Source: an uncultured Vicinamibacteraceae bacterium | Lineage (GTDB): Bacteria; Acidobacteriota; Vicinamibacteria; Vicinamibacterales; UBA8438 | Direction: 5' to 3' | Length of the DNA: 49,606 nt | NCBI GenBank assembly: GCA_964634175.1 | Contig: CAZWIL010000002.1 | Coordinates: 1-49,606, forward strand | Shown here: positions 25,372 through 35,811 of the stretch, piece by piece | Numbering within the stretch: the first letter of the stretch is position 1 | How the letters are laid out: each line of letters opens with the position of its first letter | The notes under the pieces: generated by a model | Database searches by the model: none | Told to the model about the DNA's origin: nothing | The model's input: the letters and a program-made list of their open reading frames with translations, nothing else | Position numbers and translations under genes: made by a program

Positions 25372-25955
25372 AATTACTCGTCGCCACAACGAACCAAGGG
25401 AAATTCGCCGAAATTGGAAACATTCTTGCCGGTCTACCAATCGACATCCGTTCTCTCAAAGAACATCCTTCCATCGAAGTCGCAGAGGAACACGGTGTCA
25501 CGTTTGCTGAGAATGCCCGAAGCAAAGCGACCCACTACAGCCACCGAACTGGTCAATTCACGGTAGCCGAGGACTCAGGGTTAGAGATCGATGCTCTTGA
25601 TGGCGTCCCTGGTGTGCTGTCAGCCCGGTTCAACGGTGGCTCGTACCAAGAAAAATTCGACACTATTAACCGTATGTTGGACGAACGAGGTGTAGACGGC
25701 AGTTCGGTACGGTTTGTTTGTGCTCTTGCCGTAGCTGACGGCCGGCAAGTGGTGTTTGAAACGACCGGCATAATCGAAGGACAACTCGCACGAGAACCAA
25801 AAGGTAGCGGCGGATTCGGGTACGATCCAATTTTTTTCTACCCCCCATTTAAGCGAACACTCGCTGAGCTTTCAGCGGAAGAAAAAGCTTCGGTCAGCCA
25901 TAGAGGTCAAGCCTTTCGATTACTCCGTCAGTATCTCGAATTGAGATTACCCTAG
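25368..25955 (+). CDS. rdgB: dITP/XTP pyrophosphatase (RdgB/HAM1 family)
   Basis: [15 protein letters not shown]...[21 protein letters not shown]...[12 protein letters not shown]...SHRGQA. GTG start overlapping the rph stop by 4 nt. Confidence 0.9.
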   Translation: MKLLVATTNQGKFAEIGNILAGLPIDIRSLKEHPSIEVAEEHGVTFAENARSKATHYSHRTGQFTVAEDSGLEIDALDGVPGVLSARFNGGSYQEKFDTINRMLDERGVDGSSVRFVCALAVADGRQVVFETTGIIEGQLAREPKGSGGFGYDPIFFYPPFKRTLAELSAEEKASVSHRGQAFRLLRQYLELRLP

Positions 25956-25966
25956 TCGGAAGAACT

Positions 25967-27361
25967 TCACATCGAAACATCGTGGATGGATACATGTTCC
26001 GTTGGCAGAGTTACGGTGAAAACCGCTCCGCCGCCAACGCGATTAGCCGCAGTCACCGTGCCACCCTGCAGGCCCACAAGATGCTTGACAATGGCCAAAC
26101 CTAGTCCCGTGCCTCCCGGATTTCGAACTCGAGACGGCTCCACACGATAGAAACGCTCAAACACCCGACTCAGATCAGCATCCGGAATACCCGGACCACG
26201 ATCACTGACCGTCAAAACCAAACTGCCATGCAATGACTCGGCGCCTAATGCGATACTCGAATCGTTCGGTGCATAGTGTGACGCATTCTCAAGTAGATTC
26301 TTGAGCACATCATGCACTTTGGAGGCATCAATCATTACAGACAGTTTGTTCGGTACCATGTTGACCTCTATTACGTGGCCATTAGCCTTTAACAGTGGTG
26401 CGATCTCCGTCTGAATATCGATAACAACAGACGCCAATGAACACAATTCAAGATTGACTGCCTCCTGATGAGCATCTAGCCGAACCAAGCGGATCAAATC
26501 GTTAACCAAACGCTCCATCCGACTGGCCTGACGGCTGATAATGTCAAGAAATCGAGAGTCTCTGGAAGGATCATCTGATTCCAATAAAGCCACCACTCCT
26601 GCCCGGATTGCCGTCAGGGGCGTTCGTAATTCATGTGACACATTCGCAACAAAATCCTCGCGGACCTGCTCAGTTTCTCGATACCTTGTAATGTCACGTA
26701 AAACAACGGCTACACCCGGTGAATCATCCGCATCGGCATCAAGCGACACTACATGGGCGAAAATCACCTTTTGAGAGCTCGCAATTAGATCGACCTCAAA
26801 TTGAACCGCCGTTCCATCTTCGAGTACACGGGTAATTTCTTTCGACATCTGCGGATGGCGAATGAATTCTAAATAGTGGCGGCCGATTAACGAGTCGCTC
26901 GCCGTGAGTATCTGTCCAACGGCCGCGTTCGCTATCTGAACATGACCCCGTGTATCTATTACAAGAACACCTTCTTCCATACCAGACAGGATCGCCTCGT
27001 GGAACACGCGTAGACGGGAGAGCCCAGCTAACTGGCCCACAAGATCTTGCGCTACACCATCCCAAACCTTCGCCATGGTGCCAACTTCATCATCGCCATA
27101 ACCGCCAGCGAGGGGCACAATATTTCCAGTAGTAAATTGTTCGGCGCGCGAAATTATCGTCTGAACTCGGCGGTTCATCGCACTCGAAATCATCCAGGCT
27201 GCAACAAAGGAAGATCCCAGAGCAGCCAAGAGCCCCGTCGCGGTCGCCACCCAGATTGATGCCCCTCGCTCGTTAACGGTCACAGCAATCAAAAGACTGA
27301 ATGCTGCGACTCCAAACGCCGAAAAACACAGACGCGTGCGAAGTCTCATTAAGAACCTCAC
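25967..27361 (-). CDS. phoR: Phosphate regulon sensor histidine kinase
   Basis: Two N-terminal TM segments, HAMP/PAS regions, H-box FVANVSHELRTPLTAI, and HATPase N/G boxes (NLLENASHY, DRGPGIP, GGTGLGLAIVKH). Sits directly downstream of phoB and phoU. Confidence 0.85.
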   Translation of the reverse strand: MRFLMRLRTRLCFSAFGVAAFSLLIAVTVNERGASIWVATATGLLAALGSSFVAAWMISSAMNRRVQTIISRAEQFTTGNIVPLAGGYGDDEVGTMAKVWDGVAQDLVGQLAGLSRLRVFHEAILSGMEEGVLVIDTRGHVQIANAAVGQILTASDSLIGRHYLEFIRHPQMSKEITRVLEDGTAVQFEVDLIASSQKVIFAHVVSLDADADDSPGVAVVLRDITRYRETEQVREDFVANVSHELRTPLTAIRAGVVALLESDDPSRDSRFLDIISRQASRMERLVNDLIRLVRLDAHQEAVNLELCSLASVVIDIQTEIAPLLKANGHVIEVNMVPNKLSVMIDASKVHDVLKNLLENASHYAPNDSSIALGAESLHGSLVLTVSDRGPGIPDADLSRVFERFYRVEPSRVRNPGGTGLGLAIVKHLVGLQGGTVTAANRVGGGAVFTVTLPTEHVSIHDVSM

Positions 27362-27367
27362 CCGTGC

Positions 27368-28057
27368 TCACTCGGAAGCAACGAGTTTGTATCCGAATTG
27401 TTTAACAGTAGTTATAGCTTGTTGGAGACTAGGAATCTTCTCACGGAGACGACGAACATGAACATCCACGGTCCGCGTCCCGCCTGTGTATTGGTAACCC
27501 CAGACGTCGGTCAGCAATAAATCTCGAGAAATTACTCGACCGCTGTGCTTTATCAAATAGATGAGCAGCAAAAACTCCTTTGCAGCCAAATTAATAACTT
27601 GATCATCTACCGTCACATTATGTGCGTGCTCGTCAATGACTATGTTTCGATATCGAAGTAAACCATCCTTGGTCTTGACCTGGGTTCGCTTAGTGCGACG
27701 TAAAACCGCACCGACCCGAGCCACTAACTCCTTCGGGCTGAATGGCTTGGTTACGTAGTCGTCAGCCCCTACCTCTAACCCGACGACTCGATCAGTCTCC
27801 TCACCCTTAGCCGTCAGTATAATAATCGGGAGACCCGCCATCCCGGGGTCAGACCTGACCGCGCGACAGATCTCAAGTCCGTTCAAGCCTGGCAACATTA
27901 AATCCAATAAAAGTAAATCGGGAAGCTTCTCACGCAAGCTGGCGAGGACCTGTTCACCTGAGTAAAGAGTATCCGTCCCATACCCAGCATTCTGGAGGTG
28001 ATGAGAAACTAGGTCTGCGATGTCCTCATCGTCCTCCACAACGAGAATCCATGTCAT
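27368..28057 (-). CDS. phoB: Phosphate regulon response regulator (OmpR/PhoB family)
   Basis: MTWILVVEDDEDIADL...LLLLDLMLPGLNG...IIILTAKGEE receiver domain plus a winged-helix C-terminus (RVISRDLLLTDVWGY...RTVDVHVRRLREKI). Start taken at ATG 28057, 4 nt after the phoU stop. The track start 28165 lies inside phoU. Confidence 0.88.
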   Translation of the reverse strand: MTWILVVEDDEDIADLVSHHLQNAGYGTDTLYSGEQVLASLREKLPDLLLLDLMLPGLNGLEICRAVRSDPGMAGLPIIILTAKGEETDRVVGLEVGADDYVTKPFSPKELVARVGAVLRRTKRTQVKTKDGLLRYRNIVIDEHAHNVTVDDQVINLAAKEFLLLIYLIKHSGRVISRDLLLTDVWGYQYTGGTRTVDVHVRRLREKIPSLQQAITTVKQFGYKLVASE

Positions 28058-28061
28058 GGAG

Positions 28062-28751
28062 TCAATCAGCGCCACCCTCCTGAGCGTGATGTCGGACATC
28101 CTGTGCGGATTCGATGAAGATGACCTCCTCGGCAATGTTTGTCGCGTGATCGCCAATACGTTCAAGATGCCGTGAAATCAAGATGAGGTCCAGTGAGGGC
28201 TCGGTAATGCCCGTATCTTTAAGCATCAGATTCAGCAACTCTCGAAAAACCTTGTCTTTTAATTCGTCAACCTCGTCGTCTCGCTTAATTACGTCCTTCG
28301 CGAGCAGCGTATCGTGCTTGATATATGCATCAAGCGAATCACGAAGCATGCCTTGAGCGAGTTCGTCCATTCTCGGAATGTCTATCAAGGGCTTAACGGA
28401 TGGATGCGCCAGATACCCCAGGGCTGCCTCTGCGACATTAACCGCAAAGTCTCCTATCCGCTCCAAGTCGCTGTTAATCTTCACAGCCGACACAATCACT
28501 CGAAGATCTGTCGCCATCGGCTGGTGTAGCGCTAGTAATCGAAAGCAGCGCTTATCAATCTCCACATGGAGTCGATTAATCGAACCATCTCCCGTCACGA
28601 CCTTCTGACACAGGTCATGGTCTCGCTTGAGGAGGGCCACGCCGGCTGAGCGAACTTGCTCCTCAACCTCACCGCCCATTACTAATAAGCGAGCCTTAAG
28701 CTCTTCGAGCTCTTCTTGAAAATGCGGAACAACCGGTTCTATCGGCTCCAC
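28062..28751 (-). CDS. phoU: Phosphate signalling complex protein PhoU
   Basis: Two PhoU repeats (DLRVIVSAVKINSDLERIGDFAVNVAE and LILISRHLERIGDHATNIAEEVIF). GTG start. Confidence 0.9.
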   Translation of the reverse strand: MEPIEPVVPHFQEELEELKARLLVMGGEVEEQVRSAGVALLKRDHDLCQKVVTGDGSINRLHVEIDKRCFRLLALHQPMATDLRVIVSAVKINSDLERIGDFAVNVAEAALGYLAHPSVKPLIDIPRMDELAQGMLRDSLDAYIKHDTLLAKDVIKRDDEVDELKDKVFRELLNLMLKDTGITEPSLDLILISRHLERIGDHATNIAEEVIFIESAQDVRHHAQEGGAD

Positions 28752-28769
28752 GACACCTCTCTGGCCAGT

Positions 28770-29630
28770 TTATCCAAATCGGCCGGTAACATAGTCTTCG
28801 GTGATCTTTTCGGACGGAGCAGTAAAAATCTTGTCAGTTTTATCGTATTCCACGAGACGTCCGAGCCAGAAAACCGCCGTAGCATCGGACACCCGCGCAG
28901 CCTGTTGCATATTGTGCGTAACAATCAGAATCGTATAGTCATTCTTCAGCTGGTAGATCAGTTCTTCAATACGCTGGGTAGCGATGGGATCGAGCGCGGA
29001 CGCAGGCTCATCCATCAATAAGATTTCCGGCTGAATTGCCAAAGCTCTGGCGATACACAACCGCTGCTGCTGGCCTCCTGACAATGAGAGAGCTGATTCC
29101 TTCAAACGATCCTTAACTTCGTCCCATAAAGCTGCCAACTTCAGACTTTCTTCCACTCGGTCCGCCAGTTCAGACCGAGTGCTACCCATGCCGTTAATTC
29201 GAAGACCATATGCGATGTTTTGGAAAATCGACTTCGGAAATGGATTGGACTTCTGAAACACCATGCCGACTCGACGGCGCAGTTCGACGACATCTGTCGC
29301 TTTGTCATAGATGTCCTGTCCATTGATCAAGATACGGCCTTGAACACGAACACCTGGAATAATGTCGTTCATCCGATTCAACGTGCGCAAGAACGTACTC
29401 TTACCGCACCCCGATGGCCCTATGAACGCCGTGACTCGGTTTGAAGGAATAGCAACTGAAATGTCCTTCAGCGCTTGAGTCTCGCCATAAAAAAAACACA
29501 GGTCTTGAACATCTATTTTAGCGGCCGTCGAATCTGTCTTCAGGCCGGAGCTGTTGTCGTGTTTTTTTGCCGACTGAGCCGCCACGCCGGACAAGGATGG
29601 AATTGAATGTGAGGTCATCGATGGACACAC
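28770..29630 (-). CDS. pstB: Phosphate ABC transporter ATP-binding protein
   Basis: [59 protein letters not shown] and [12 protein letters not shown]. The start is either GTG 29630 or ATG 29618. Confidence 0.93.
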   Translation of the reverse strand: MCPSMTSHSIPSLSGVAAQSAKKHDNSSGLKTDSTAAKIDVQDLCFFYGETQALKDISVAIPSNRVTAFIGPSGCGKSTFLRTLNRMNDIIPGVRVQGRILINGQDIYDKATDVVELRRRVGMVFQKSNPFPKSIFQNIAYGLRINGMGSTRSELADRVEESLKLAALWDEVKDRLKESALSLSGGQQQRLCIARALAIQPEILLMDEPASALDPIATQRIEELIYQLKNDYTILIVTHNMQQAARVSDATAVFWLGRLVEYDKTDKIFTAPSEKITEDYVTGRFG

Positions 29631-30491
29631 CTACAAGTGCATTTTCGTCTGAGCACGATCTCGAATGAACGCCGCCACACCATTCATGAGCATGAGAACA
29701 CCAAGTAGCACAATGATACCGCCCGCGGCGTTACGAAGAAATTCTGCCTGTGGACGAGAAACCCAATTGAAGACCTGAATCGGCAAAACGGTAAATGGAG
29801 ACCAGATTCCATCCGGCGCAAACGGAATATAAGTCAACGCCCCGATCGCAATTAACGGAGCAGTCTCGCCTACGGCGCGGGATAACGCAAGAATAAGCCC
29901 GGTTACCGTGCCGGGAAGAGCCACGGGTAATACTTGATAGTAAATCGTCTGCCACCGCGAAGCACCAAGAGCGTAGGACCCCTCCCTAAGCGACGAGGGA
30001 ACGGCCCGCAGGGCTTCCCGGGTCGATAAAATGACCACGGGCAAGATCAACAAGACCAAAGTTAAGGAACCAGCCAGAACGCTTCGACCGAAACCGAGCA
30101 GGCGAACAAAAACCGCCAAACCCAACAAGCCGTAGATAATTGACGGCACACCCGCCAAGTTGGCTATATTAATCTCAATCAGACGTGACCAGCGACTCTT
30201 TCGTCCATACTCCTCAAGATAAATTGCAGCACCAACGCCAAGAGGAACAACAACCAGCGCCGTTAAGCCAATCACGAACACCGTTCCGGTCAGAGCCGCA
30301 TAGATTCCAGCCGCCTCGGGCCGCCTTGAGGGAAAACTCGTCAAGAATTGCCAGGACAAACGTCCCAAGCCATCACTTGCGATATCGAACAACAAAACCG
30401 CCAGCGTTGAGAGGCCAAAAACCGTCACCAAAAGACCAGCGACCTTTAGTGTCAAATCAGCAAGCTTGCTCAGTCTACGATCGCTTCTCAT
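29631..30491 (-). CDS. pstA: Phosphate ABC transporter permease PstA
   Basis: 286-aa polytopic permease with an EAA-like loop ([15 protein letters not shown]), sitting between pstC and pstB. Confidence 0.9.
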   Translation of the reverse strand: MRSDRRLSKLADLTLKVAGLLVTVFGLSTLAVLLFDIASDGLGRLSWQFLTSFPSRRPEAAGIYAALTGTVFVIGLTALVVVPLGVGAAIYLEEYGRKSRWSRLIEINIANLAGVPSIIYGLLGLAVFVRLLGFGRSVLAGSLTLVLLILPVVILSTREALRAVPSSLREGSYALGASRWQTIYYQVLPVALPGTVTGLILALSRAVGETAPLIAIGALTYIPFAPDGIWSPFTVLPIQVFNWVSRPQAEFLRNAAGGIIVLLGVLMLMNGVAAFIRDRAQTKMHL

Positions 30492-31378
30492 GAGTACTCC
30501 TCACGAAACCGCTCCCGTAGCCAATTGCTCACCAAGTTCAGCACGAACGTACTGACAAACAGCAACATGCCAACCGCAAAGATAGTTTGATACTCAATGG
30601 TTCCAGCTGGTGTATCACCTAAGCTGACTTGCACGATATAGGCGGTCATCGTCTCGATCGGCACCAAGGGATTCGCCGTCAGGCGAGGCTGCTGTCCAGC
30701 TGCGATCGTGACGATCATGGTCTCACCAATCGCTCGCGAGATGGCAAGGATCGCCGCAGCCGAAATACCTGAAAAGGCAGCCGGCACTATGACTCTCACA
30801 GCCACTTGGGCTTTCGTTGCGCCAAGCGCGTACGCGGCTTCCCGTAATCCACGTGGCACACTATGCATGGCGTCTTCCGAAAGAGATGACATCATGGGCA
30901 AAATCATGATCCCCATCACCAACCCTGGGCTCAATGCATTAAAGCCGGAAAGGCCTGGGACGATGTTCTGGAGAAGCGGTGTCACGAACAACAAAGCGAA
31001 GTAACCGTAGACAACCGTCGGCACACCGGACAACACTTCCAAAATCGGTTTAACCACACGCCGAACCGATGTCGGCGCATACTCACTGAGGTAGATTGCC
31101 GTCAATAATCCAGCCGGAACCGCTACCAACATTGCCACGGTCGACACCAGAGCGGTTCCAGCAACAAGTGGAAGTACACCAAACTGTTGATCAAAAAAGA
31201 GCGGCGTCCACGTTGTTCCAAAAAGAAACTCAAGAGGAGAAACAGTCTGGAAAAACTGGAACGTTTCAAAGGCGAGAACTAACAAAATCCCTATGGTTAC
31301 AAAAATCGACAGACTGGCACACAAAAATAAGCCCCACTCAACACCTACTTCAATATTTACTCGTCGAGTGGAGCTCAT
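30488..31378 (-). CDS. pstC: Phosphate ABC transporter permease PstC
   Basis: 296-aa polytopic permease ([14 protein letters not shown]). Overlaps pstA by 4 nt. Confidence 0.9.
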   Translation of the reverse strand: MSSTRRVNIEVGVEWGLFLCASLSIFVTIGILLVLAFETFQFFQTVSPLEFLFGTTWTPLFFDQQFGVLPLVAGTALVSTVAMLVAVPAGLLTAIYLSEYAPTSVRRVVKPILEVLSGVPTVVYGYFALLFVTPLLQNIVPGLSGFNALSPGLVMGIMILPMMSSLSEDAMHSVPRGLREAAYALGATKAQVAVRVIVPAAFSGISAAAILAISRAIGETMIVTIAAGQQPRLTANPLVPIETMTAYIVQVSLGDTPAGTIEYQTIFAVGMLLFVSTFVLNLVSNWLRERFREEYS

Positions 31379-31392
31379 TGAATTCTATAAAA

Positions 31393-32370
31393 CTAGGGTT
31401 GTAAACCAGTCACACGGCCTTGGACACGCTGTCGTGCCATTGCATACTCATCGGGGTTAAGTGGGACGTAGCCCACCTCTCGGACAAGGCTCGCGCCTTG
31501 GGTCAGATAGAAATCAATGAAAGCGTCAACATCAGGCCGATCGAGTGCGGCCGTGCTGACGTAAATAAAAACTGGGCGAGACAGTGGCCGGTACGTGCCG
31601 TCTCGCACCGTGACCGGTGAAGGAGCGACCGGCCCAGAACTATCCGTATCATTTTCGTCGTCCACCGGAATCAGTTTGAGCCGATCGCGATTTTCCTCGT
31701 AATAGGCATAGCCGAAGAAGCCCAACGCCAGCTCATCAGTTGATACACCTTGTACGATCACGTTGTCATCTTCACTTGAGGTGAAATCACCTCGACTGGC
31801 ACCCTCTTCACCAACGATCACATCTGTAAAGTAATCAAATGTTCCAGAATCTACTCCCGGGCCGAATAAGTGAATCTCATCCTCCGGCCAATCCGCATTC
31901 AGCTGATTCCAACGCATCACATTACCTTGTGCACTCGGCTCCCATATCCGCTTCAGATCATTGACCGTGAGCTCATTCACCCAGTCGTTCTGTGGATTCA
32001 CCACTATGGAGATGCCGTCGTAGGCTATCGGTAACTCGATAAATTCGATTCCGCTAGCCCCACATACTTCTACCTCATCAGCTGAAATCCTTCGGGAAGC
32101 GTTTGAGATATGCGTCTCCCCGGCACAAAATTTACTAAACCCTCCGCCCGTGCCTGAAATACCAACGGTAACTCTGGTATCCGGTGACGTCTGTTGGAAC
32201 TCTTCGGCGACTGCCTCAGTAATTGGAAACACCGTACTCGATCCGTCAATAGCGATGATACCGGTCTCATACGATTCCGGGCCCCCACCACATCCAAACC
32301 CACCGACTACTACCAAGAAAACAGTAAAGAACATCCTGCAACCATCATTTTTGACCTTGTCCATCTTCAT
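31393..32370 (-). CDS. pstS: Phosphate ABC transporter substrate-binding protein
   Basis: [20 protein letters not shown]...[29 protein letters not shown] fits the PstS/PBP_like_2 pattern. The hydrophobic N-terminus ends GGFGC. The start is uncertain (GTG 32394, ATG 32370, 32364 or 32334). ATG 32370 has GAGGAA 7 nt upstream. Confidence 0.88.
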   Translation of the reverse strand: MKMDKVKNDGCRMFFTVFLVVVGGFGCGGGPESYETGIIAIDGSSTVFPITEAVAEEFQQTSPDTRVTVGISGTGGGFSKFCAGETHISNASRRISADEVEVCGASGIEFIELPIAYDGISIVVNPQNDWVNELTVNDLKRIWEPSAQGNVMRWNQLNADWPEDEIHLFGPGVDSGTFDYFTDVIVGEEGASRGDFTSSEDDNVIVQGVSTDELALGFFGYAYYEENRDRLKLIPVDDENDTDSSGPVAPSPVTVRDGTYRPLSRPVFIYVSTAALDRPDVDAFIDFYLTQGASLVREVGYVPLNPDEYAMARQRVQGRVTGLQP

Positions 32371-32397
32371 AATCCTATTCCTCGTCCATTTCACCGC

Positions 32398-32426
32398 TGT
32401 TACCTCTATGTTAAATTCGTGTTAAC
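32398..32426 (-). promoter_or_regulatory. Putative triple Pho box upstream of pstS
   Basis: On the minus strand: GTTAACA-cgaa-TTTAACA-taga-GGTAACA. Three 7-bp repeats in exact 11-bp register, followed after 4 nt by TGAAAT. Confidence 0.6.
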
Positions 32427-32478
32427 GGATTCTTCCGCGACTCTCACCCTGGTAGATTTTGATGATCCGCCCACTCGT

Positions 32479-33747
32479 CTAAAAACTCGCGACAACCGCG
32501 ACATGGAGTCTGCCCAAGAGGTTGTTCGGATTCCCTTCTGGTACGACGAGCCGCTTGGTCAAATGCAACGTCACATCAAAACTCAAACCCTCCTTCGGCA
32601 CATAGGACGTCTCAATCATATGTAAGCGAATATTCGTGCCAGCAATGTCACTAAAAACATATGCTGATGGCGTCAGATCCTGCTCTAGCCATCCATACGT
32701 GTACGCGGCACCCCACGTATGAGCCGCCCGCGGCGAACCGTACTCAGCCTCGAACCACCACCCGCTGTCACGACCGTTCACGGCTCTCGTATTACGAGCA
32801 AATTCAGCTAAGAACCGAATCGGATATCCCGGCCGCGAGGTCTGAATCGTTGCTTCACTGATGACGTCGACAACATTAAATTCTGACGCATATCCGACGA
32901 CCTGTCCCTGAACATTCTTCGCAAGCGAATTTGTCAGGATGGCACTCAGGGGCCCATCGAGATGCCCCATTACAAGTGCGTCTGGATTAGTCCATCGATT
33001 GTTCGCAAAAGAAATCTGAAACTCCGATCGCTCCCCGCTAAAACCGACCTCACCGTAACCCATCAACATGTAAGAGTCCTCACCTCGCGAGACCTCGTTG
33101 ACCACTGCCTGCATAGCAATCAAGTTAACGTTGACTCCACTTGAAAGACTCCACGATACCTGCTCCCAGCCTCCCTCAAAGTTCAGGTCGTCGTCGAAAA
33201 TCAATTGGGTTCGCTGGTGGGGGGCGCCGAACTTGCCCATTCCCAGTGTCACGGCAGAGGCCTTCTCCGGGTTATACGAGAGAAAGGCGCGATCGAGATT
33301 GAATGGTTTGGGGCGAAAAAAGCTCGTGAATGTCTGGTTCGTCGAAACCGGGGTTCCCGAATCTCCACTCGTCACCCGAACTTGAAATCGCGCATCGTCA
33401 TTGATTTGGGTATCAAGGCGTAACCGCAGTCTCAGTCGTCCACGCTGACGATTTCCACCTCTGCGACCGTCCTGATAGAACCCCTCGTACCGCGAGCGAA
33501 AATCGCCACTAAATTCGAGTCGCTGGTACCATGGTGTCTCACCATCTTCGTCCTGGCTATTTTCCTCTGCTTCCGTCTCTTCTTCACTAACTGAGGTCGA
33601 ATCTGGCAATTCAGAAGACAAAACATCAACTGGTCTAACTTCATCAGTCTCTCCAGAAACCGTTCCACCCATGAAGAACGGAAAAATAAGAGCGATAAAG
33701 AGAAATTGTCGTAACCGACTATTGATAGGTATTAATTTAATTGACAT
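32479..33747 (-). CDS. Outer-membrane porin, possibly phosphate-selective (OprO/OprP-like)
   Basis: Signal peptide, an acidic linker (SEEETEAEENSQDEDGE), an amphipathic beta-strand pattern, and a C-terminal ...VAVVASF. It is the first gene of the pst cluster and is preceded by Pho-box-like repeats. The family assignment is tentative. Confidence 0.6.
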   Translation of the reverse strand: MSIKLIPINSRLRQFLFIALIFPFFMGGTVSGETDEVRPVDVLSSELPDSTSVSEEETEAEENSQDEDGETPWYQRLEFSGDFRSRYEGFYQDGRRGGNRQRGRLRLRLRLDTQINDDARFQVRVTSGDSGTPVSTNQTFTSFFRPKPFNLDRAFLSYNPEKASAVTLGMGKFGAPHQRTQLIFDDDLNFEGGWEQVSWSLSSGVNVNLIAMQAVVNEVSRGEDSYMLMGYGEVGFSGERSEFQISFANNRWTNPDALVMGHLDGPLSAILTNSLAKNVQGQVVGYASEFNVVDVISEATIQTSRPGYPIRFLAEFARNTRAVNGRDSGWWFEAEYGSPRAAHTWGAAYTYGWLEQDLTPSAYVFSDIAGTNIRLHMIETSYVPKEGLSFDVTLHLTKRLVVPEGNPNNLLGRLHVAVVASF

Positions 33748-33790
33748 GTCCGTAGATTACTCCCACTGAATTTCAGAGGCATTTCTGAAA

Positions 33791-33808
33791 AGTTAAATCT
33801 TTGTTACA
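33791..33808 (-). promoter_or_regulatory. Putative Pho box upstream of the porin gene
   Basis: On the minus strand: TGTAACA-aaga-TTTAACT in 11-bp register, then ...TGAAAT as a possible -10, GGGAG as SD, and ATG 33747. Confidence 0.45.
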
Positions 33809-33848
33809 GAGGGATCGACCGATTGGAATCAAATATCGATCAGAGTAG

Positions 33849-33860
33849 TTGACCGGTCTA
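33849..33860. promoter_or_regulatory. Candidate TetR operator, near-palindrome TTGACCGGTCTA
   Basis: 11 of 12 positions match the perfect palindrome at 34492..34503. Lies 25 nt upstream of the TetR ATG (33885) and next to TATAAG (33863..33868). Confidence 0.45.
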
Positions 33861-33884
33861 TCTATAAGATGCCATCATCTCACC

Positions 33885-34490
33885 ATGGGACGACAAAGCG
33901 ACGCGAGAAACAGACTGCTCGTTGCAGCAGCTGATTTATTTCGAGACCGGGGTTTCACTGCCATCGGCGTCGCCGAGATCTGTTTGGTCGCCGATGTCAA
34001 TAAGGGCAGCTTTTATCACTTTTTCGCTTCCAAACGGGTTTTACTTCTGGAGGTCATTGAGGCATCCTGGGATGAAACCGGCATGTTGGCTAGCTGGGAA
34101 ACCACCCCGCCGGTAAGCCCTGTTGAGCAACTACGACAATTTCTTCAGGAATTATTTGCAATCCATTATGCCGACAAGGAATCCCATGGCAGCGTTCGAG
34201 GCTCTCTACTGTCCAATATCTCTCACGAAATCGCCTCCAGCGACACCGAAATCACAGCAAAGTTGACCGACCTCTTCAGTCGAGAGACCTCAGCATTTGA
34301 AGTCCTTCTCACTTCCGCGGTTGACCGTGGAGAAGTCGCAGTCGGGCACCCTCGCGGCGCCGCCGAGGCATTAGTGGGATGTCTTCATGGTCTCATAATG
34401 CTTGCCAAGGTCAAAAACGACCTGTCTGTGCTGCCTCAATCCGAAGCCGAAATTTTTCGATTGGCAGGTGTTATCGAACAATGGGCGTAA
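33885..34490 (+). CDS. TetR/AcrR family transcriptional regulator
   Basis: RNRLLVAAADLFRDRGFTAIGVAEICLVADVNKGSFYHFFASK is a canonical TetR HTH. ATG 33885 is preferred over the TTG at 33849 used by the track. Confidence 0.88.
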   Translation: MGRQSDARNRLLVAAADLFRDRGFTAIGVAEICLVADVNKGSFYHFFASKRVLLLEVIEASWDETGMLASWETTPPVSPVEQLRQFLQELFAIHYADKESHGSVRGSLLSNISHEIASSDTEITAKLTDLFSRETSAFEVLLTSAVDRGEVAVGHPRGAAEALVGCLHGLIMLAKVKNDLSVLPQSEAEIFRLAGVIEQWA

Positions 34491-34491
34491 G

Positions 34492-34503
34492 TTGACCGGT
34501 CAA
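34492..34503. promoter_or_regulatory. Candidate TetR operator, perfect 12-bp palindrome TTGACCGGTCAA
   Basis: Sits in the 18-nt gap between the TetR stop (34490) and ATG 34509 of the aminotransferase gene. Confidence 0.45.
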
Positions 34504-34508
34504 TTCCA

Positions 34509-35669
34509 ATGAAGAGTCAGCGTCACCTCTTCTCTTTTCCTTCAGACATTCACTACTTAAATTGTGCCTATATGGCACCTGTTTCAAAGCAGGTGGCGAA
34601 CATAGCGCAGCAAACGATCGACCGCCTGCAAATTCCCAGTCGCCTTCAGCAATCTGACTTTTTTGAACACAGCGACAACGTGCGGTGCCTTTTTAGCCGA
34701 CTCATCGGCATCAATGAACCGAATCGAATCGCAATCGTTCCATCCGTCTCTTATGCCATGTCCACACTGGCTCAAAACACGCCCCTCAGGCGCAATCAGA
34801 ACGTGGTGGTCACTCATGACCAATTCCCAAGTAACGTCTATGCCTGGAAACGACTGTGTGAACGCGTCGGAGCCGAATTGCGAGTTGTCCATCCGCCTCC
34901 CACTCTTGAGAACCGTGGCTTAGGTTGGAACGACAGGCTAGGTGAAGCGATCGATGACAATACAGCCGTAGTCGCGATTCCAGAACTGCATTGGATTGAT
35001 GGAACGAGGTTCAATCTTAAACAAATCGGCATTCTGGCACGAGCCGTCGGCGCCAGATTTATTATCGATGGCACTCAATCCGTTGGAGCTCTGCCATTCA
35101 ATATTGATGAATATCAACCCGACGCGGTGGTCTGTGCCGGCTACAAGTGGTTAATGGGACCATACTCGATCGGCCTGGCCTATTTTGGCCCCTTGTACGA
35201 CAACGGAACCCCTATTGAAGACACCTGGATTACGCGAGTCGGCAGCGACAATTTTTCTCAATTGGTCCACTACAATGAAACGTACCGTCCTGGAGCGATC
35301 CGATACGACATGGGTGAACGGTCGAATTTTATCCTGCTCCCGATGCTTGAGGCCGGTATCTCTCAAGTCAACACTTGGGGACCCAAAGCAGTCCAGGGTT
35401 ACTGTCAAACTATAGGATCCGAATACATCGAACAGCTTCGAGACCTTGGTTGCTTCGTAGAAGATGAGACCCACAGGGCAGCCCATCTATTCGGTGTTCG
35501 CTTACCAGCCGGTTTTGATATTGACGCCATGTCAACCTCGCTGGCGAAACAAAACGTCAGCGTCTCAATCCGAGCAAATGTCATTCGTGTCTCTCCACAT
35601 GTCTACAACAATGCGGATGACTTTGCTGCCCTTGTCACGGCAGTGCGGGCCGTTCTCTCTTCCGACTAA
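34509..35669 (+). CDS. Class V aminotransferase-fold PLP-dependent enzyme
   Basis: 386 aa. IIDGTQSVGALPFNI...VVCAGYKWLMGPYSIG places the PLP Lys in the SxxK/YKW context typical of the class V (NifS/IscS-like, kynureninase-like) fold. Confidence 0.75.
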   Translation: MKSQRHLFSFPSDIHYLNCAYMAPVSKQVANIAQQTIDRLQIPSRLQQSDFFEHSDNVRCLFSRLIGINEPNRIAIVPSVSYAMSTLAQNTPLRRNQNVVVTHDQFPSNVYAWKRLCERVGAELRVVHPPPTLENRGLGWNDRLGEAIDDNTAVVAIPELHWIDGTRFNLKQIGILARAVGARFIIDGTQSVGALPFNIDEYQPDAVVCAGYKWLMGPYSIGLAYFGPLYDNGTPIEDTWITRVGSDNFSQLVHYNETYRPGAIRYDMGERSNFILLPMLEAGISQVNTWGPKAVQGYCQTIGSEYIEQLRDLGCFVEDETHRAAHLFGVRLPAGFDIDAMSTSLAKQNVSVSIRANVIRVSPHVYNNADDFAALVTAVRAVLSSD

Positions 35670-35811
35670 CAATCAGTCGACAATTTATACTGAACTGATC
35701 TTCTCATTGGTTGGCACGCTACAATCAACAGGCACCTGCAGGGTGAGTACCAGCCAGCGTCGCAGGTACTTACTGGAGCCTAAATCGTCGTCGGCGTAAA
35801 GTGACTGGACT

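Noticed and set aside
35712-35727. TGGCACG-n4 resembling the -24 element of a sigma-54 promoter upstream of the OM barrel gene
   Set aside because: The -12 position reads AATC instead of TTGC (no GC dinucleotide at the right spacing), and no enhancer-binding protein gene is nearby. The adjacent TACAAT (35720..35725) has no convincing -35 either.
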